This document shows positions 49,063-59,595 of a DNA stretch of 64,000 bases, in pieces (positions within the stretch are counted from its first letter, which is position 1; each line of letters begins with the position of its first letter). The notes under the pieces are model-generated. The model searched no databases. It was not told where the DNA came from and saw nothing but the letters and a program-made list of their open reading frames with translations. A program made the position numbers and the translations under genes. Source of the stretch: an uncultured Gemmatimonadaceae bacterium (lineage in GTDB: Bacteria > Gemmatimonadota > Gemmatimonadetes > Gemmatimonadales > Gemmatimonadaceae); assembly GCA_963740355.1 (NCBI GenBank), contig CAVUDW010000002.1, positions 1,664,001 through 1,728,000 on the forward strand, in the 5' to 3' direction.

Positions 49063-50295
49063 TCATTGTATAGCTGAGCTTGCCACCCGCGCACACTCGG
49101 CGAGAACGCCTGCGCCGACGAGAATCGCCCCTTCCGCAACGTCGAAACGAGGGGAATGGGCGGCGGTCGCCGCCTCGCCCGGCCCGCGGGAACCGATTCG
49201 CAAGAAACAGCCTGGGATGCGCTCCAGGTAGAACGCGAAATCCTCGCCGCCCATGTTGGTGATGCCGAACGGCACGATCGCGTCCGGCCCCAGCACGTTG
49301 GCGACCGCCGCCCGCGCCCACTCCGACTCGCGGACGGGATTCACGATCGGCGGCGTGCCATGCTCCACCTCGACCACCGCGGTCACGCCGTAGCCGGAGG
49401 CGACGTCAGTGGCGATGCGGGTGACCTCGCTCACCAGGCGAGCGCGGGTCGGCGCGTCCATCGCACGCAGGGTGCCGGTGAGGATCGCGGTCTCTGGAAT
49501 CACGTTCGAGGCGACGCCGGCGTGCACACTCCCGACGGTGCAGACGGCGGGCTTCGCCGGATCGATCCGGCGCGCCACGACGGTCTGCAACGCCGTGATC
49601 ACGGCGGCCGCAGCCACGATCGGATCGGCCGCCTCATGCGGACGCGCGCCGTGTGCGCCATGTCCGCGCAACTCGATGGTGAAGCTGTCGGCCGATGCCG
49701 CCAAAGGGCCCGCTTCCGCAATCACCTGGCCCACCTCGAACCGGCGATCGACATGCGCACCGAAAATCGCCGCTACACCATCCAACGCACCACTCGCGAG
49801 GATTGCGGTCGCGCCCGCACCAATCTCCTCGGCCGGTTGCAACACCAGCAGCACGTCTCCGGCGGCCGGTTCACGCAGCAGGTCCATTGCCGCACCGATG
49901 GCCCACGTAGCATGCACGTCATGCCCACACGCATGCATCACGCCCGGCACGATGGAGGCGAACGGGAGGCCGGTCTGTTCCTCGATCGGCAGCGCGTCGA
50001 TGTCACCGCGCAACGCGACCGGTGGACGTGTCCGATCACGGCCAGGAATGCGCGCGACGATGCCGGTGCCTGCGACGCGTTTCACGTCACTGATGCCAAG
50101 CGACTCGAGTGTCGCAACCAATTGCGCTGACGTCTGATGCTCCTCGTTCGAGAGCTCCGGATTCTGGTGTAGCGTGCGGCGCAGTTGGATCAGGGCGCGA
50201 ATCTGGTCATCGGTGAACCGTCGCGATGCCGCCTGGGGCACGTAGATCGTGTCGCGGGTCGGGAGGTCGATGTCGCTGATGGCCGACGCAGGCAT
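49063..50295 (-). CDS. M20D family amidohydrolase
   Basis: RRTLHQNPELS, LRGDIDALP, MHACGHD, QPAEE, GGEDF, HSP.F. Confidence 0.93.
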   Translation of the reverse strand: MPASAISDIDLPTRDTIYVPQAASRRFTDDQIRALIQLRRTLHQNPELSNEEHQTSAQLVATLESLGISDVKRVAGTGIVARIPGRDRTRPPVALRGDIDALPIEEQTGLPFASIVPGVMHACGHDVHATWAIGAAMDLLREPAAGDVLLVLQPAEEIGAGATAILASGALDGVAAIFGAHVDRRFEVGQVIAEAGPLAASADSFTIELRGHGAHGARPHEAADPIVAAAAVITALQTVVARRIDPAKPAVCTVGSVHAGVASNVIPETAILTGTLRAMDAPTRARLVSEVTRIATDVASGYGVTAVVEVEHGTPPIVNPVRESEWARAAVANVLGPDAIVPFGITNMGGEDFAFYLERIPGCFLRIGSRGPGEAATAAHSPRFDVAEGAILVGAGVLAECARVASSAIQ

Positions 50296-50492
50296 GTCCG
50301 GACGGGTGGAGGAAGACAGGTGATGGACTGCGGCGCGCGGCCGGGTCTTGACCCGGCTGCGGGAAGATAGAACATCGTCATGCACGGCGGCCTGGATTGG
50401 TTGGCAGCCGCGGTGGCCGTGGCGCAGGGCGTGGCAGCGGATCATATATCGCCGACCGGTCGGGCCGTTCTCCCGGAGTGGAGGTCACCTCG

Positions 50493-52418
50493 ATGCACCC
50501 GTTCGTCAACCTGCTCGCGGCAGGCGTGTTCGCCGCGCCATTCGCCGTTGCCGTCACGGCATCGCGCGCGCCTGCGCCTGCGACTGCACCTCCGCCGGCG
50601 CCATCCACCGCGGCGCTCGCTCGTGCGTCGGTGGAGCGTGCGCTTCCGCTGCTGCAGTCCTCGGGCGACGCGTGGTTCGAGAAGCGTGCATGTTCATCCT
50701 GCCACCACCAGGCACTCGGCATGATGGCGGTGGCCCTCGCCAAGGAGCGAGGCATCGCAGTGGACACTGCGCGACTGCGCAACCAGGTGCGTCGGACGTC
50801 GCGCACCAACCCAGGGTGGTTGGAGCGATACGTCGCTGGCGATCCGAGCATCAACGAGGCGATCGGGCAGAGTTATCGCGCCGTCGGACTCGGTGCGGCC
50901 GGTTATGCGCCGACGGAATTGACGGATGCGATGGTGCAGATGTTGACCGGAAAACAGCACGCCTCTGGTCGGTGGTCATCGTACTCTCGTCGCCCTCCGC
51001 TGGAAGATTCGGAGTTCACGGCGACCGCCATCACGATTCGTGCGCTGTCACTGTATGCGCGGTCGCCGGCAGACGCCGCCATCACCACGCGCATCGCACG
51101 CGCGCGCACCTGGCTTAAGCAGGCCCGCGCGGAATCGACCGAAGATGCCGCGATGCAACTGTTCGGTCTGGGATGGGCTGGTGCGTCGGCGGCGGAGATC
51201 GCACCATTCGCAAAGCAATTGATCTCGGAGCAGCGCAGCGATGGCGGCTGGGCACAGATCACCACGCGGGGTTCTGACGCGTACGCCACGGGTCAGGTCG
51301 TGGTGGCCCTGAACCAGGTGGCGGGACTTCCGATCAGCGATGCGCAGATGCAGCGCGCCGTTCGCTACCTCGCAGAAGCACAGCTGCCGGATGGTTCGTG
51401 GCACGTCGTGACGCGCCGTGGGCGAGCCGAAGGACTTCCGTACTTCGAGTCGGGTTATCCGCACGATCGGGATCAATTCATTTCGTACGCCGGCGCCGCG
51501 TGGGCGACGATGGCGCTGACGTTGGCACAGTCCGAAGGGCGGTCCACTGTGTTGATGGGCAAGCCGGCTGCGACGATCGTCCTCCCGACCGACGAGTCGT
51601 CCTTCGATGATGTGACGCCGCTGATGTGGGCGGCATGGCGCGGAACGCCGGCCGAGATGGCACGGTTGATCGCGGCGGGTGCATCCGTGAACGACACGAC
51701 ACGTTCGGGGTTCACGGCGCTGATCTTCGCGGCGAGGGATGCCGCGAAAGTGAAACTGTTGCTGGACGCAGGTGCGGATGCGAACACCCTCACCAGAGGC
51801 GGCTACACTCCGTTGGTGCTCGCGGCCGCAAGCGACGGCTCCGACGATGCGGCGCGCCTGCTCCTGCAACGAGGCGCGTTGCCTGACGTTGCGGGCCGCA
51901 CGGGATCGTTCACGAAGGCGACGCCGATGACGTTGGCCCTGACACGAGGCGACACGGCGCTGGCGTCGCTCCTGAAAGCACGTGGAGCCGATGTCCGAGG
52001 CGTGACAGGCAGCAGCGAGACGCCGCTGCTGGCCGCCACGTGGTACGGTGATGCCGACATGATGCGCTGGCTGCTCGCGCGTGGCGCCACTGCCAAGACT
52101 CCTCCACCGGCGAGTGGCAAACTCGAGCAGCCATCATTGCTGATGATCGCCGCCGAGGACGGTGAGGTCGATCTGTTGCGCGAGTTGCTGGCCGACGATG
52201 CGGCGCTCGATGTCGTGGGGCCCGACGGCTACACCGCGCTTCAGATGGCGGTGTCGACGTCTGATCGCGGCAGCACCGAGGTGGTGGAGTTACTGCTGAA
52301 AGCCGGGGCCGACCCGAAATTCGTCGCCGCAGATGGAGAGACGTCGCTGTCCCTCGCACGGAAGTGGGCAACCCCGAAGGTCGTCGCGCTGATCGAGGCG
52401 GCCGTGGCTGGGCGCTGA
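50493..52418 (+). CDS. Secreted protein: CxxCH motif, prenyltransferase/squalene-cyclase-type repeats, ankyrin repeats
   Basis: CSSCHH; QRSDGGW, QLPDGSW; TPLMWAA, GFTALIFA, GYTPL ankyrin repeats. Confidence 0.85.
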   Translation: MHPFVNLLAAGVFAAPFAVAVTASRAPAPATAPPPAPSTAALARASVERALPLLQSSGDAWFEKRACSSCHHQALGMMAVALAKERGIAVDTARLRNQVRRTSRTNPGWLERYVAGDPSINEAIGQSYRAVGLGAAGYAPTELTDAMVQMLTGKQHASGRWSSYSRRPPLEDSEFTATAITIRALSLYARSPADAAITTRIARARTWLKQARAESTEDAAMQLFGLGWAGASAAEIAPFAKQLISEQRSDGGWAQITTRGSDAYATGQVVVALNQVAGLPISDAQMQRAVRYLAEAQLPDGSWHVVTRRGRAEGLPYFESGYPHDRDQFISYAGAAWATMALTLAQSEGRSTVLMGKPAATIVLPTDESSFDDVTPLMWAAWRGTPAEMARLIAAGASVNDTTRSGFTALIFAARDAAKVKLLLDAGADANTLTRGGYTPLVLAAASDGSDDAARLLLQRGALPDVAGRTGSFTKATPMTLALTRGDTALASLLKARGADVRGVTGSSETPLLAATWYGDADMMRWLLARGATAKTPPPASGKLEQPSLLMIAAEDGEVDLLRELLADDAALDVVGPDGYTALQMAVSTSDRGSTEVVELLLKAGADPKFVAADGETSLSLARKWATPKVVALIEAAVAGR

Positions 52419-52453
52419 CGCCAAGCCACGGCCATCAGGCGACTTCCGCATCC

Positions 52454-53575
52454 TCAGCGGCTCAGCGTCACCGACCGTACCGTCAGGTCATCGATGCGGC
52501 CGACGTTCACCGTGACACCAATGCCTGGCTCGCTACGCGGCACGGTCACCATGCCGTCGGCGCTCATCGTCCATTCCGGCGTCACGACGTCCTGCGCCCA
52601 GTAGCGCGCGCTGGGACTGAGGTCGCCAGGCTTCTGGAAGTTGCTCAGTGACGCCAGTGCCACGTTGTAGGCGCGACCGATCCCGCTTTCCAGCATGCCA
52701 CCGCACCACACCGGCACCCCGTTCACTTCGCAGTAGTCGTGAATCGCCAGCGACTCCGCGAACCCGCCGACGCGACCGGGCTTGATGTTGATCAGGCGAC
52801 CGGCGCCGAGCGTCACCATGTCCTGCGCGCGATCGAGTGATGTGATCGACTCGTCGAGACAGATCGGCGTCTTGAGCAGCTTCTGCAACGACGCGTGCCG
52901 CACGATGTCTTCCCACGCCAGCGGCTGCTCGAACATCATCAGGTTCATGCTGTCCATCGCGATCAATGCATCGGGATCGTCGATGGTGTAGGCATTGTTC
53001 GCGTCGGCCATCAGTGGTGCATCGGGGAAGGCTTCGCGCACGGCGCGCACGTACTCCACATCCTTGCCGGGCATGATCTTGAGCTTGATCTTCCGATACC
53101 CCTCGGCCAGCGCCAGGCGGACCTTCTCGACCAGTTTGTCAGGTGTCGCCTGGATGCCGAGCGAAATGCCGACCGGGATGGTCTCGCGAGTGCCGCCGAT
53201 GAGCTTCGCCAGCGGCAGGCCGACGCGCACCGACTCGACGCCCCACATCCCCATCTCCACCGCCGCCTTCGCCATCAGGTGGCCGCGAAAGTCTTCCTCC
53301 AGCACCGCGAAGACATCGCTGGGTGCCTCGAATTTCCGGCCCAGCACCCGCGGGGCGATCCAGCGTTCGATGGCCAGCCAGGCGGTGTCGATCGTCTCTG
53401 CCGTGTAGTTCGGCAGGTCGTCGGCAACGCACTCGCTCCAGCAGGTGGCGCCGCTGGCGTCGTGCAACTCGAGCAGCGCAATGCGGCGATCGGTCATCGT
53501 ACCGGACGAGATACGGAACGGCTCGCGAAGCGGCAGCCGAATCTCGCGCATGGTGATGCTGGTCAGTTCGAGCAT
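52454..53575 (-). CDS. menC: o-succinylbenzoate synthase / N-succinylamino acid racemase (enolase superfamily)
   Basis: KIKLKI, DAN, EQP, DES, NIKPGRVGG, WCGGMLESG. Confidence 0.9.
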   Translation of the reverse strand: MLELTSITMREIRLPLREPFRISSGTMTDRRIALLELHDASGATCWSECVADDLPNYTAETIDTAWLAIERWIAPRVLGRKFEAPSDVFAVLEEDFRGHLMAKAAVEMGMWGVESVRVGLPLAKLIGGTRETIPVGISLGIQATPDKLVEKVRLALAEGYRKIKLKIMPGKDVEYVRAVREAFPDAPLMADANNAYTIDDPDALIAMDSMNLMMFEQPLAWEDIVRHASLQKLLKTPICLDESITSLDRAQDMVTLGAGRLINIKPGRVGGFAESLAIHDYCEVNGVPVWCGGMLESGIGRAYNVALASLSNFQKPGDLSPSARYWAQDVVTPEWTMSADGMVTVPRSEPGIGVTVNVGRIDDLTVRSVTLSR

Positions 53576-53606
53576 GTGAGGCGAGGCAGAGGTGAAGAGG
53601 CGTCGA

Positions 53607-54428
53607 TCAACGCGCGAGCGTGAGCACGTAGTACGGCAACTGATCGTCCTGGCCGCGCACGAAGCGCGAGACCGTGAACCCAAGCGCGAGCCGCGATGTG
53701 AAGGCGGCGCGGACAGCGATGCGCCAGGCGAGCGCGCGGTTTGCGCTGCTGGCCTGCACGACCTCGAGGTCGTGCGGCACGGTGATGCGCACTGCGGTGG
53801 CGTCGACGCTGGGAATCGCCATCGGTGTGCCATCCGGTTCGAAGGCAATGGCCAGCGGGATGCTCCCGTCGCCAGCGTCCGGCTGTCCGCTCCGCATGCT
53901 GCCGTCATGCGCGGTGTCGAGCGCCCAGCGATAGACGAAGCGATCGGTTGGCATCGCGCCATGCAACACGCTGCCGGTGTTCTCGCCGTACATGTTCTCG
54001 ACGTAGCTGGAAGGAAAGGCGCCGAGGTGATTGATGTTGAAGTGTGCGTTGCGGGCGACGAGCGGGTCGGCGGTCCAGAGCATGACATCGACGCCGAGGG
54101 CGTGGACATGCTGGCGCTGGTAGTGCTTGAGCTTCTCACCCAACCCGAGGCCGCGCGCCTCGGGACGCACGGCCAGCATGTCGGACCAGTGCACGAGTTT
54201 CCCATGCTGCACACCCGTCATGCCGAATACGAAGCCGAGCAGGCGGCCGTTGTCGTCATAGGCGCCAGCAGCCACGCCACCGATTTTTTGTGCGACGCGC
54301 AGGATGGCGCCGGGGACGCGCTCCGAAAAGCCGTGTCCCCAGGTGTCTTCCTGGAGCGCGACGCAGGCGTCGTAGTCGGCGATGGACGCGAATTCGCGGA
54401 TGGTGAGTGACGAGGCCGTCGCGGTCAT
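53607..54428 (-). CDS. GNAT acyltransferase (N-succinyltransferase-like)
   Basis: HWSDMLAV...RGLGLG..LK..QR, WTADPL..RNA.FN...LGA, PTDRF; adjacent to NSAR. Confidence 0.85.
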   Translation of the reverse strand: MTATASSLTIREFASIADYDACVALQEDTWGHGFSERVPGAILRVAQKIGGVAAGAYDDNGRLLGFVFGMTGVQHGKLVHWSDMLAVRPEARGLGLGEKLKHYQRQHVHALGVDVMLWTADPLVARNAHFNINHLGAFPSSYVENMYGENTGSVLHGAMPTDRFVYRWALDTAHDGSMRSGQPDAGDGSIPLAIAFEPDGTPMAIPSVDATAVRITVPHDLEVVQASSANRALAWRIAVRAAFTSRLALGFTVSRFVRGQDDQLPYYVLTLAR

Positions 54429-54498
54429 GTCGGGCGGGGCAGGGTTGGGCGTGCTCTTGCGTGTCGGGCACCCGGGTGGTAGCCATAGATGCGCACAG

Positions 54499-54512
54499 AA
54501 CTGTATACAATT
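54499..54512. promoter_or_regulatory. Probable GntR-family operator
   Basis: aacTGTATACAatt dyad in the 98-nt divergent gap; a GntR gene lies in the rightward operon. Confidence 0.6.
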
Positions 54513-54526
54513 TACCCGGTGCAAGC

Positions 54527-56356
54527 ATGCCTCTCCGTGATTCGCGGCGCAAGGCCGAAAGCCGTCGACTCCCCGCCACTGGTGGCCTGGTCCCGCTGTA
54601 CGCGACGGCGCTTGCGACCGCCGTGCTGCTGGCCGCCTGCGGCCGCAAGGATGCCACTGCCCGAGACGGCACGACGAGCGGCAGGGCGGCACCCGCCACC
54701 GGTGGCGCTTACGACGTCGTGATCAGCAACGGGCACCTGATCGACGGCACCGGCAACGCCTGGTATGCCGCAGACGTCGGGATACGTGGCGATCGCATCG
54801 CCATCATCGTGCCTGCGGGGCAGCTGGCGAAGGCAACCGCCACCACTCGCATCGACGCCACGGGGAAGGTGATCGCGCCCGGCTTCATCGACATTCAGGG
54901 GCAGTCATATACGCCATTCACCGTCGGTGACGGCCGCGTGGTCGGCAAGGTATCGCAGGGTGTGACGACGGAGATCATGGGCGAAGGCAGCACGCCGGCG
55001 CCAGTCAATGACGCAATCGCGAAGACGATTACGTCCGGCATTCGCACGCACGATGACTCAGCGCAGGCGAAGGTCTTTCTCTCCTTCACCGGCGAGCACG
55101 GTTTCGGGCGCTGGCTGGAGGCGATGGGGAAACACGGCACGTCCGTCAACGTTGGCTCCTTCCTCGGCGCCGCCACCGTGCGGGTGTACGCGAAGGGTTT
55201 TGCGCAGGGCGCACCGACCGCGGCCGAACTGGATACGATGCGGGCAGTGACACGCAATGCGATGCGTGACGGGTCGTTCGGCATTGCCAGTGCGCTCATC
55301 TATCCGCCAGGCAACTTCGCCACCACGGAAGAACTGGTCGAGATGGCGAAGGCGATGGCCCCGATGGGCGGTGTCTACATCACGCATATGCGCTCCGAGG
55401 CGGATGGTTATCTCGAGGCCATCGATGAAGTGCTGCGCATCGGTCGGGAAGGTGGCGTGCCGACCGAGATCTATCACCTGAAGGCCGGCGGCGTGCGCAA
55501 CTGGCCGAAGGCGACGGTGGCCGTGGCGAAGATCGATTCGGCGCGTGCGGCCGGTCAGGACATCGGCGCTGACATGTATCCCTACGTTGCCGGCGGCACG
55601 TCGCTGTCAGCCTGTACGCCGCCCTGGGCCACGGAAGGGGACAAGCTGCTGGAGCGGCTGCGCGACCCCGCCACCCGTGCGAAGATCATCGCGGAGATGA
55701 AGGCACCGAAGAACACGTGGGAGAATCTCTGTCAGCTGGCGACGCCCGCCGGCATCATGACCGCGGGATACGAAAAGCCGGAGTTGAAGAAGTACGAAGG
55801 CAAGCGCATCTCGGAGATCGCGACCGAGATGGGCAAGGACTGGGCGAATACCATCGTCGACCTGCTGCTTGCCACCGATGCGCGCGTCGGCATGTTGGTG
55901 TTCATGATGTCCGAGCCGAACGTCGAGATGCAGATGCGCCAGCCGTGGATGAAGTTCGGCACCGACGCAGACGGGATGGACCCGGACTCGGCGAAAGGCC
56001 TCGCGCACCCGCGCTCCTACGGCACGTTCACGCGCGTGCTGGGTCACTACGTCCGCGATCGGAAAGTGATGACGCTGGAAGAGGCGATCCGGAAGATGAC
56101 CTCCGCGGTCGCCAACCGGCTTTCGATCCGGGATCGCGGCCAGCTGCGTGAAGGCTTCTTCGCCGATGTGGTGGTGTTCGATCCGGCCACGGTGAGCGAC
56201 AAGGGCACGTTCACCGAACCGCATCAACTCTCGGTCGGGATCCAGACCGTGTTGGTGAACGGCGTGCGAGTCTGGGACAACGGGAAACACACCGGTGCGA
56301 AGCCTGGCCGCGTGGTGCGTGGGCCGGGCTACAGTGGAGCGGCGCCATCCCGATGA
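54527..56356 (+). CDS. N-acyl-D-amino acid deacylase (D-aminoacylase), lipoprotein
   Basis: Lipobox LAAC; IDGTG, APGFID, QGVTT, YITHMRSE, YHLK, HPRSYGTF. Confidence 0.9.
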   Translation: MPLRDSRRKAESRRLPATGGLVPLYATALATAVLLAACGRKDATARDGTTSGRAAPATGGAYDVVISNGHLIDGTGNAWYAADVGIRGDRIAIIVPAGQLAKATATTRIDATGKVIAPGFIDIQGQSYTPFTVGDGRVVGKVSQGVTTEIMGEGSTPAPVNDAIAKTITSGIRTHDDSAQAKVFLSFTGEHGFGRWLEAMGKHGTSVNVGSFLGAATVRVYAKGFAQGAPTAAELDTMRAVTRNAMRDGSFGIASALIYPPGNFATTEELVEMAKAMAPMGGVYITHMRSEADGYLEAIDEVLRIGREGGVPTEIYHLKAGGVRNWPKATVAVAKIDSARAAGQDIGADMYPYVAGGTSLSACTPPWATEGDKLLERLRDPATRAKIIAEMKAPKNTWENLCQLATPAGIMTAGYEKPELKKYEGKRISEIATEMGKDWANTIVDLLLATDARVGMLVFMMSEPNVEMQMRQPWMKFGTDADGMDPDSAKGLAHPRSYGTFTRVLGHYVRDRKVMTLEEAIRKMTSAVANRLSIRDRGQLREGFFADVVVFDPATVSDKGTFTEPHQLSVGIQTVLVNGVRVWDNGKHTGAKPGRVVRGPGYSGAAPSR

Positions 56357-57066
56357 AACAGTCGGCTGAGGCGGTGGCGGTGCGCGGCGCGCGACCGATG
56401 GTGGTCTACCACGCGCTGCGCGAGCTGATCGTGCGTGGTCAGCTGGCGCCGGGGTCGCGCATCGTGGAGACGGATGTCGCGAGCAAGCTTCGGGTCAGCC
56501 GCACGCCGGTACGTGGTGCACTGCAGCGCCTGCAGCAGGAAGGCTACATCGTCGATTCGCCGTCGCTGCAGCAGTCGCGTCCGACCGTGGCGCCACTGAC
56601 GCGTGAGGATGCGATGGAGCTGTTCTCGATCGTGGCCGAGATCGAAGGACTGGCCGCGCGCTGTGCGGCTGCCCTCCCAGACGTGGCGCGTGCGAAGCTG
56701 GTGCGCGAACTCGAATCCATCAACACCAGGCTCGAACGCGCGTCCCGCGCGAAGGCGCCACAGCACGACCTGCTGTACGAACTGGATGAGCAGTTCCACC
56801 GTCGGTACGTGGAGGCCGCGGCTGGGCCTCGCCTGCGTGCGTTGCACGATGCGGTGAAGCCGCAGGCGGAGCGGTACGAACGGTTGTATGTGAGCCTGCT
56901 GTCACGCGGGCTGGCGCCATCGATCCAGGAGCATGGCGCGATCGTGCGCGCGATCCGGGGAGGGGACGCGGACGTGGCGCAGGCCGCAGTGCAGAAGAAC
57001 TGGCGGAACGCCGCCGAGCGCCTTGGGAAGGTGATTGCCACCGTCGGGGAGCGTGGATCATGGTAA
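56353..57066 (+). CDS. GntR family regulator (FCD domain)
   Basis: GQLAPGSRI.E...VSRTPVR.AL..L..EG; DEQFH, EH.AI. Confidence 0.92.
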   Translation: MKQSAEAVAVRGARPMVVYHALRELIVRGQLAPGSRIVETDVASKLRVSRTPVRGALQRLQQEGYIVDSPSLQQSRPTVAPLTREDAMELFSIVAEIEGLAARCAAALPDVARAKLVRELESINTRLERASRAKAPQHDLLYELDEQFHRRYVEAAAGPRLRALHDAVKPQAERYERLYVSLLSRGLAPSIQEHGAIVRAIRGGDADVAQAAVQKNWRNAAERLGKVIATVGERGSW

Positions 57067-57077
57067 GGGATTTCGGT

Positions 57078-59432
57078 ATGCGGCGCCTCGCCGTGTTGGC
57101 TGTGCTGCTCGGCGGCGCAACAGCTGCCCGCGCGCAATCGCCGGCGGTGATTGGCCCCGTGTCGCGATACGCCGCGGTGTCACAGGCACTGACGGCCTTC
57201 ATCGAGCAGGAGATGAAGGACAAGCGAATCCCCGCCTTGTCGATCGCGCTGGTGGATGGCAACGAGGTGGTGTGGTCCCGAGGCTTCGGCGAGGAGAATT
57301 CCACGACACATGCGCCGGCGACCGCCAATACGGTGTACCGCGTGGGCTCGGTGTCGAAGCTGTTCACCGATATCGGCGTCATGCAGCTGGTCGAGCGGGG
57401 CCAGGTTGACCTGGATCGGCCGGTGCAGCGATACCTGCCGGCCTTTCGTCCACGAAACACTTACGGCACACCGATCACGCTGCGCCAGTTGATGTCGCAC
57501 CATTCGGGCCTGGTGCGTGAGCCGCCGGTAGGGCACTACTTCGACGACACCTCGCCCTCGCTGGCGGCCACGGTCGCGAGCCTGAATGCGACGGCGCTGG
57601 TATACGCACCAGGGACGACGGCGAAATATTCGAATGCTGCCATCGCTACCGTGGGCTACCTGCTGGAAAAGCGGAGCGGCGTGCCGTTCGCCCGTTACCT
57701 CCAGCGTGCGGTGCTCGCGCCGATGGGGCTGACGTCGAGTGCGTTCGAACTGACCCCGACGCTGGCAGCGCGTGTCCCTCAAGCGGTGATGTGGAACTAC
57801 CAGCAGCATGACTTCCCGGCACCGACGTTCGCGTTGGGCATGGCGCCGGCGGGCAGCATGTACAGCACCATGCCAGACCTGGCGAAATTCATGAGTGTGC
57901 TGTTCGCCGGAGGCGTGGGATCGAAGGGGCGTGTGCTGAGCGAAAAGACCCTGCACTCGATGTGGATTCCGCAATTCGCGCCCGCTGGTGCGACGCGCGG
58001 CTCCGGCATCGGGTTTGCCATCAGCACGCTCGATGGCCAGCGCATGATCGGGCATGGTGGTGCGATCTACGGATTCGCCACGCAGCTCTCGGCGTTGCCG
58101 GATGAAAAACTGGGTGTGGCCGTGAGCGCAGCGAAGGACGGCGTGAACGCACTCACGGCCAGGATCGCGCGTGAGGCGCTGCGCCTGATGCGCGCCGCAC
58201 GCACTGCGCAGCCATTGCCCACCGTGGCATCGCTGGCGCCGGTGTCCCGCGCCGTCGCCGCACCGATGGCCGGCAGCTACGGCGCTGGTGATTCGACGGT
58301 CGACGTGGTGGTTCGCGACTCCACGGTGTGGGTCACGGCGCCGTTCCTCGAGATCCGTCTCGAGATGCGTGCGCTCGGCGGCGATACGGTCACGGCGGAC
58401 GACGGCCTGTCATACGGGCACAAGATGTGGATGCAGAATGGCGTGCTGATGCTCGATGGTCACGCCTACTCGCGCGCGCCCGTGACAGCGGCGCTACCGC
58501 CGCAGGTGCCGGTGCGTTGGCAGGGCCTGATCGGTGAGTATGGATGGGACTACGACGTCCTCTACATCCTCGAGCGGCACGGGCGCCTGAGCGCGTTGAT
58601 CGAATGGTTCACGGAGTATCCGCTCACCGAAGTGTCCGACGGTGTATTCGCGTTTCCCGCGTATGGTCTCTACGCCGGCGAGCGGATCGTGTTTACGCGT
58701 GATGGCAAGGGACGTGCGACACTGGCCACGGCCGCAGGCGTGGCTTTCAAGCGCCGAAACATCGTGGGCGAAGATGGAGGCATCTTCCGCATCACACCGG
58801 TGAAGCCGGTGGCTGCCCTTCGCGCGGCAGCACTTGTGGCACAACCGCCCAGTGAATCAGGCACGTTCCGCAACGCCGAATTGACGGAATTGGTGACGCT
58901 CGACTCCACCATTCATCTCGACATCCGCTACGCATCGGACCGGAATTTCCTCAGCGAACCGATGTACACCCAGGCGCGCGCCTTCCTGCAGCGACCGGCC
59001 GCCGAGGCACTCGTCCGCGCCAACAAGCGACTCGCGGCGCAGGGCTACGGCCTGCTGATCCACGACGGCTATCGACCCTGGTATGTGACGAAGATGTTCT
59101 GGGACGGCACGCCGCCCGACAAGCACCAATTCGTGGCCGATCCCGCATCGGGTTCGCGACACAACCGCGGCGGCGCCGTGGATCTCACCATGTACGACCT
59201 GCGTACCGGCGAACCGGTCGTCACGACGGGTGGGTACGACGAGATGTCCGATCGTTCGTACCCGGAGTACCCGGGTGGCACCTCACGCCAGCGCGCCCTC
59301 CGCGAAATCCTGCGCGCGGCCATGACCGCAGAAGGCTTCACCGTCTACGACGCCGAGTGGTGGCACTTCGACTACAAGGACTGGCGCCTCTACCGCATCG
59401 GCAACCAGCGCTTCGAGGAGCTGGGGAAGTAG
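57078..59432 (+). CDS. Serine hydrolase (beta-lactamase fold) fused to an M15 D-Ala-D-Ala dipeptidase
   Basis: SVSK, YSN, HGG; C-terminal DGYRP, SRHNRGGAVD, EWWHF. Confidence 0.9.
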   Translation: MRRLAVLAVLLGGATAARAQSPAVIGPVSRYAAVSQALTAFIEQEMKDKRIPALSIALVDGNEVVWSRGFGEENSTTHAPATANTVYRVGSVSKLFTDIGVMQLVERGQVDLDRPVQRYLPAFRPRNTYGTPITLRQLMSHHSGLVREPPVGHYFDDTSPSLAATVASLNATALVYAPGTTAKYSNAAIATVGYLLEKRSGVPFARYLQRAVLAPMGLTSSAFELTPTLAARVPQAVMWNYQQHDFPAPTFALGMAPAGSMYSTMPDLAKFMSVLFAGGVGSKGRVLSEKTLHSMWIPQFAPAGATRGSGIGFAISTLDGQRMIGHGGAIYGFATQLSALPDEKLGVAVSAAKDGVNALTARIAREALRLMRAARTAQPLPTVASLAPVSRAVAAPMAGSYGAGDSTVDVVVRDSTVWVTAPFLEIRLEMRALGGDTVTADDGLSYGHKMWMQNGVLMLDGHAYSRAPVTAALPPQVPVRWQGLIGEYGWDYDVLYILERHGRLSALIEWFTEYPLTEVSDGVFAFPAYGLYAGERIVFTRDGKGRATLATAAGVAFKRRNIVGEDGGIFRITPVKPVAALRAAALVAQPPSESGTFRNAELTELVTLDSTIHLDIRYASDRNFLSEPMYTQARAFLQRPAAEALVRANKRLAAQGYGLLIHDGYRPWYVTKMFWDGTPPDKHQFVADPASGSRHNRGGAVDLTMYDLRTGEPVVTTGGYDEMSDRSYPEYPGGTSRQRALREILRAAMTAEGFTVYDAEWWHFDYKDWRLYRIGNQRFEELGK

Positions 59433-59493
59433 CGCAACGCAAGGCAGTTCCCCGTCAAACAGTGGTTGCGCTGCACTAATCGTGGCTCACGTC

Positions 59494-59595
59494 GCACTCC
59501 GTGAGCTCCGTGGCCTCCCCCCCATTGCTGTTGCGATGGTCGTTCGCGAGCGACGAAACTGCATTGGAGCGGAGCACACGGAGCTCACGGAGTGC
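59494..59595. repeat. REPIN/MITE-like element, family D, copy 2
   Basis: Same 19-bp inverted repeats at 59494-59512 and 59577-59595. Confidence 0.9.

Noticed and set aside
58880..59432. VanX-like domain as vancomycin resistance
   Set aside because: No vanH, vanA or vanRS nearby; the domain is fused, exported and in a catabolic context.
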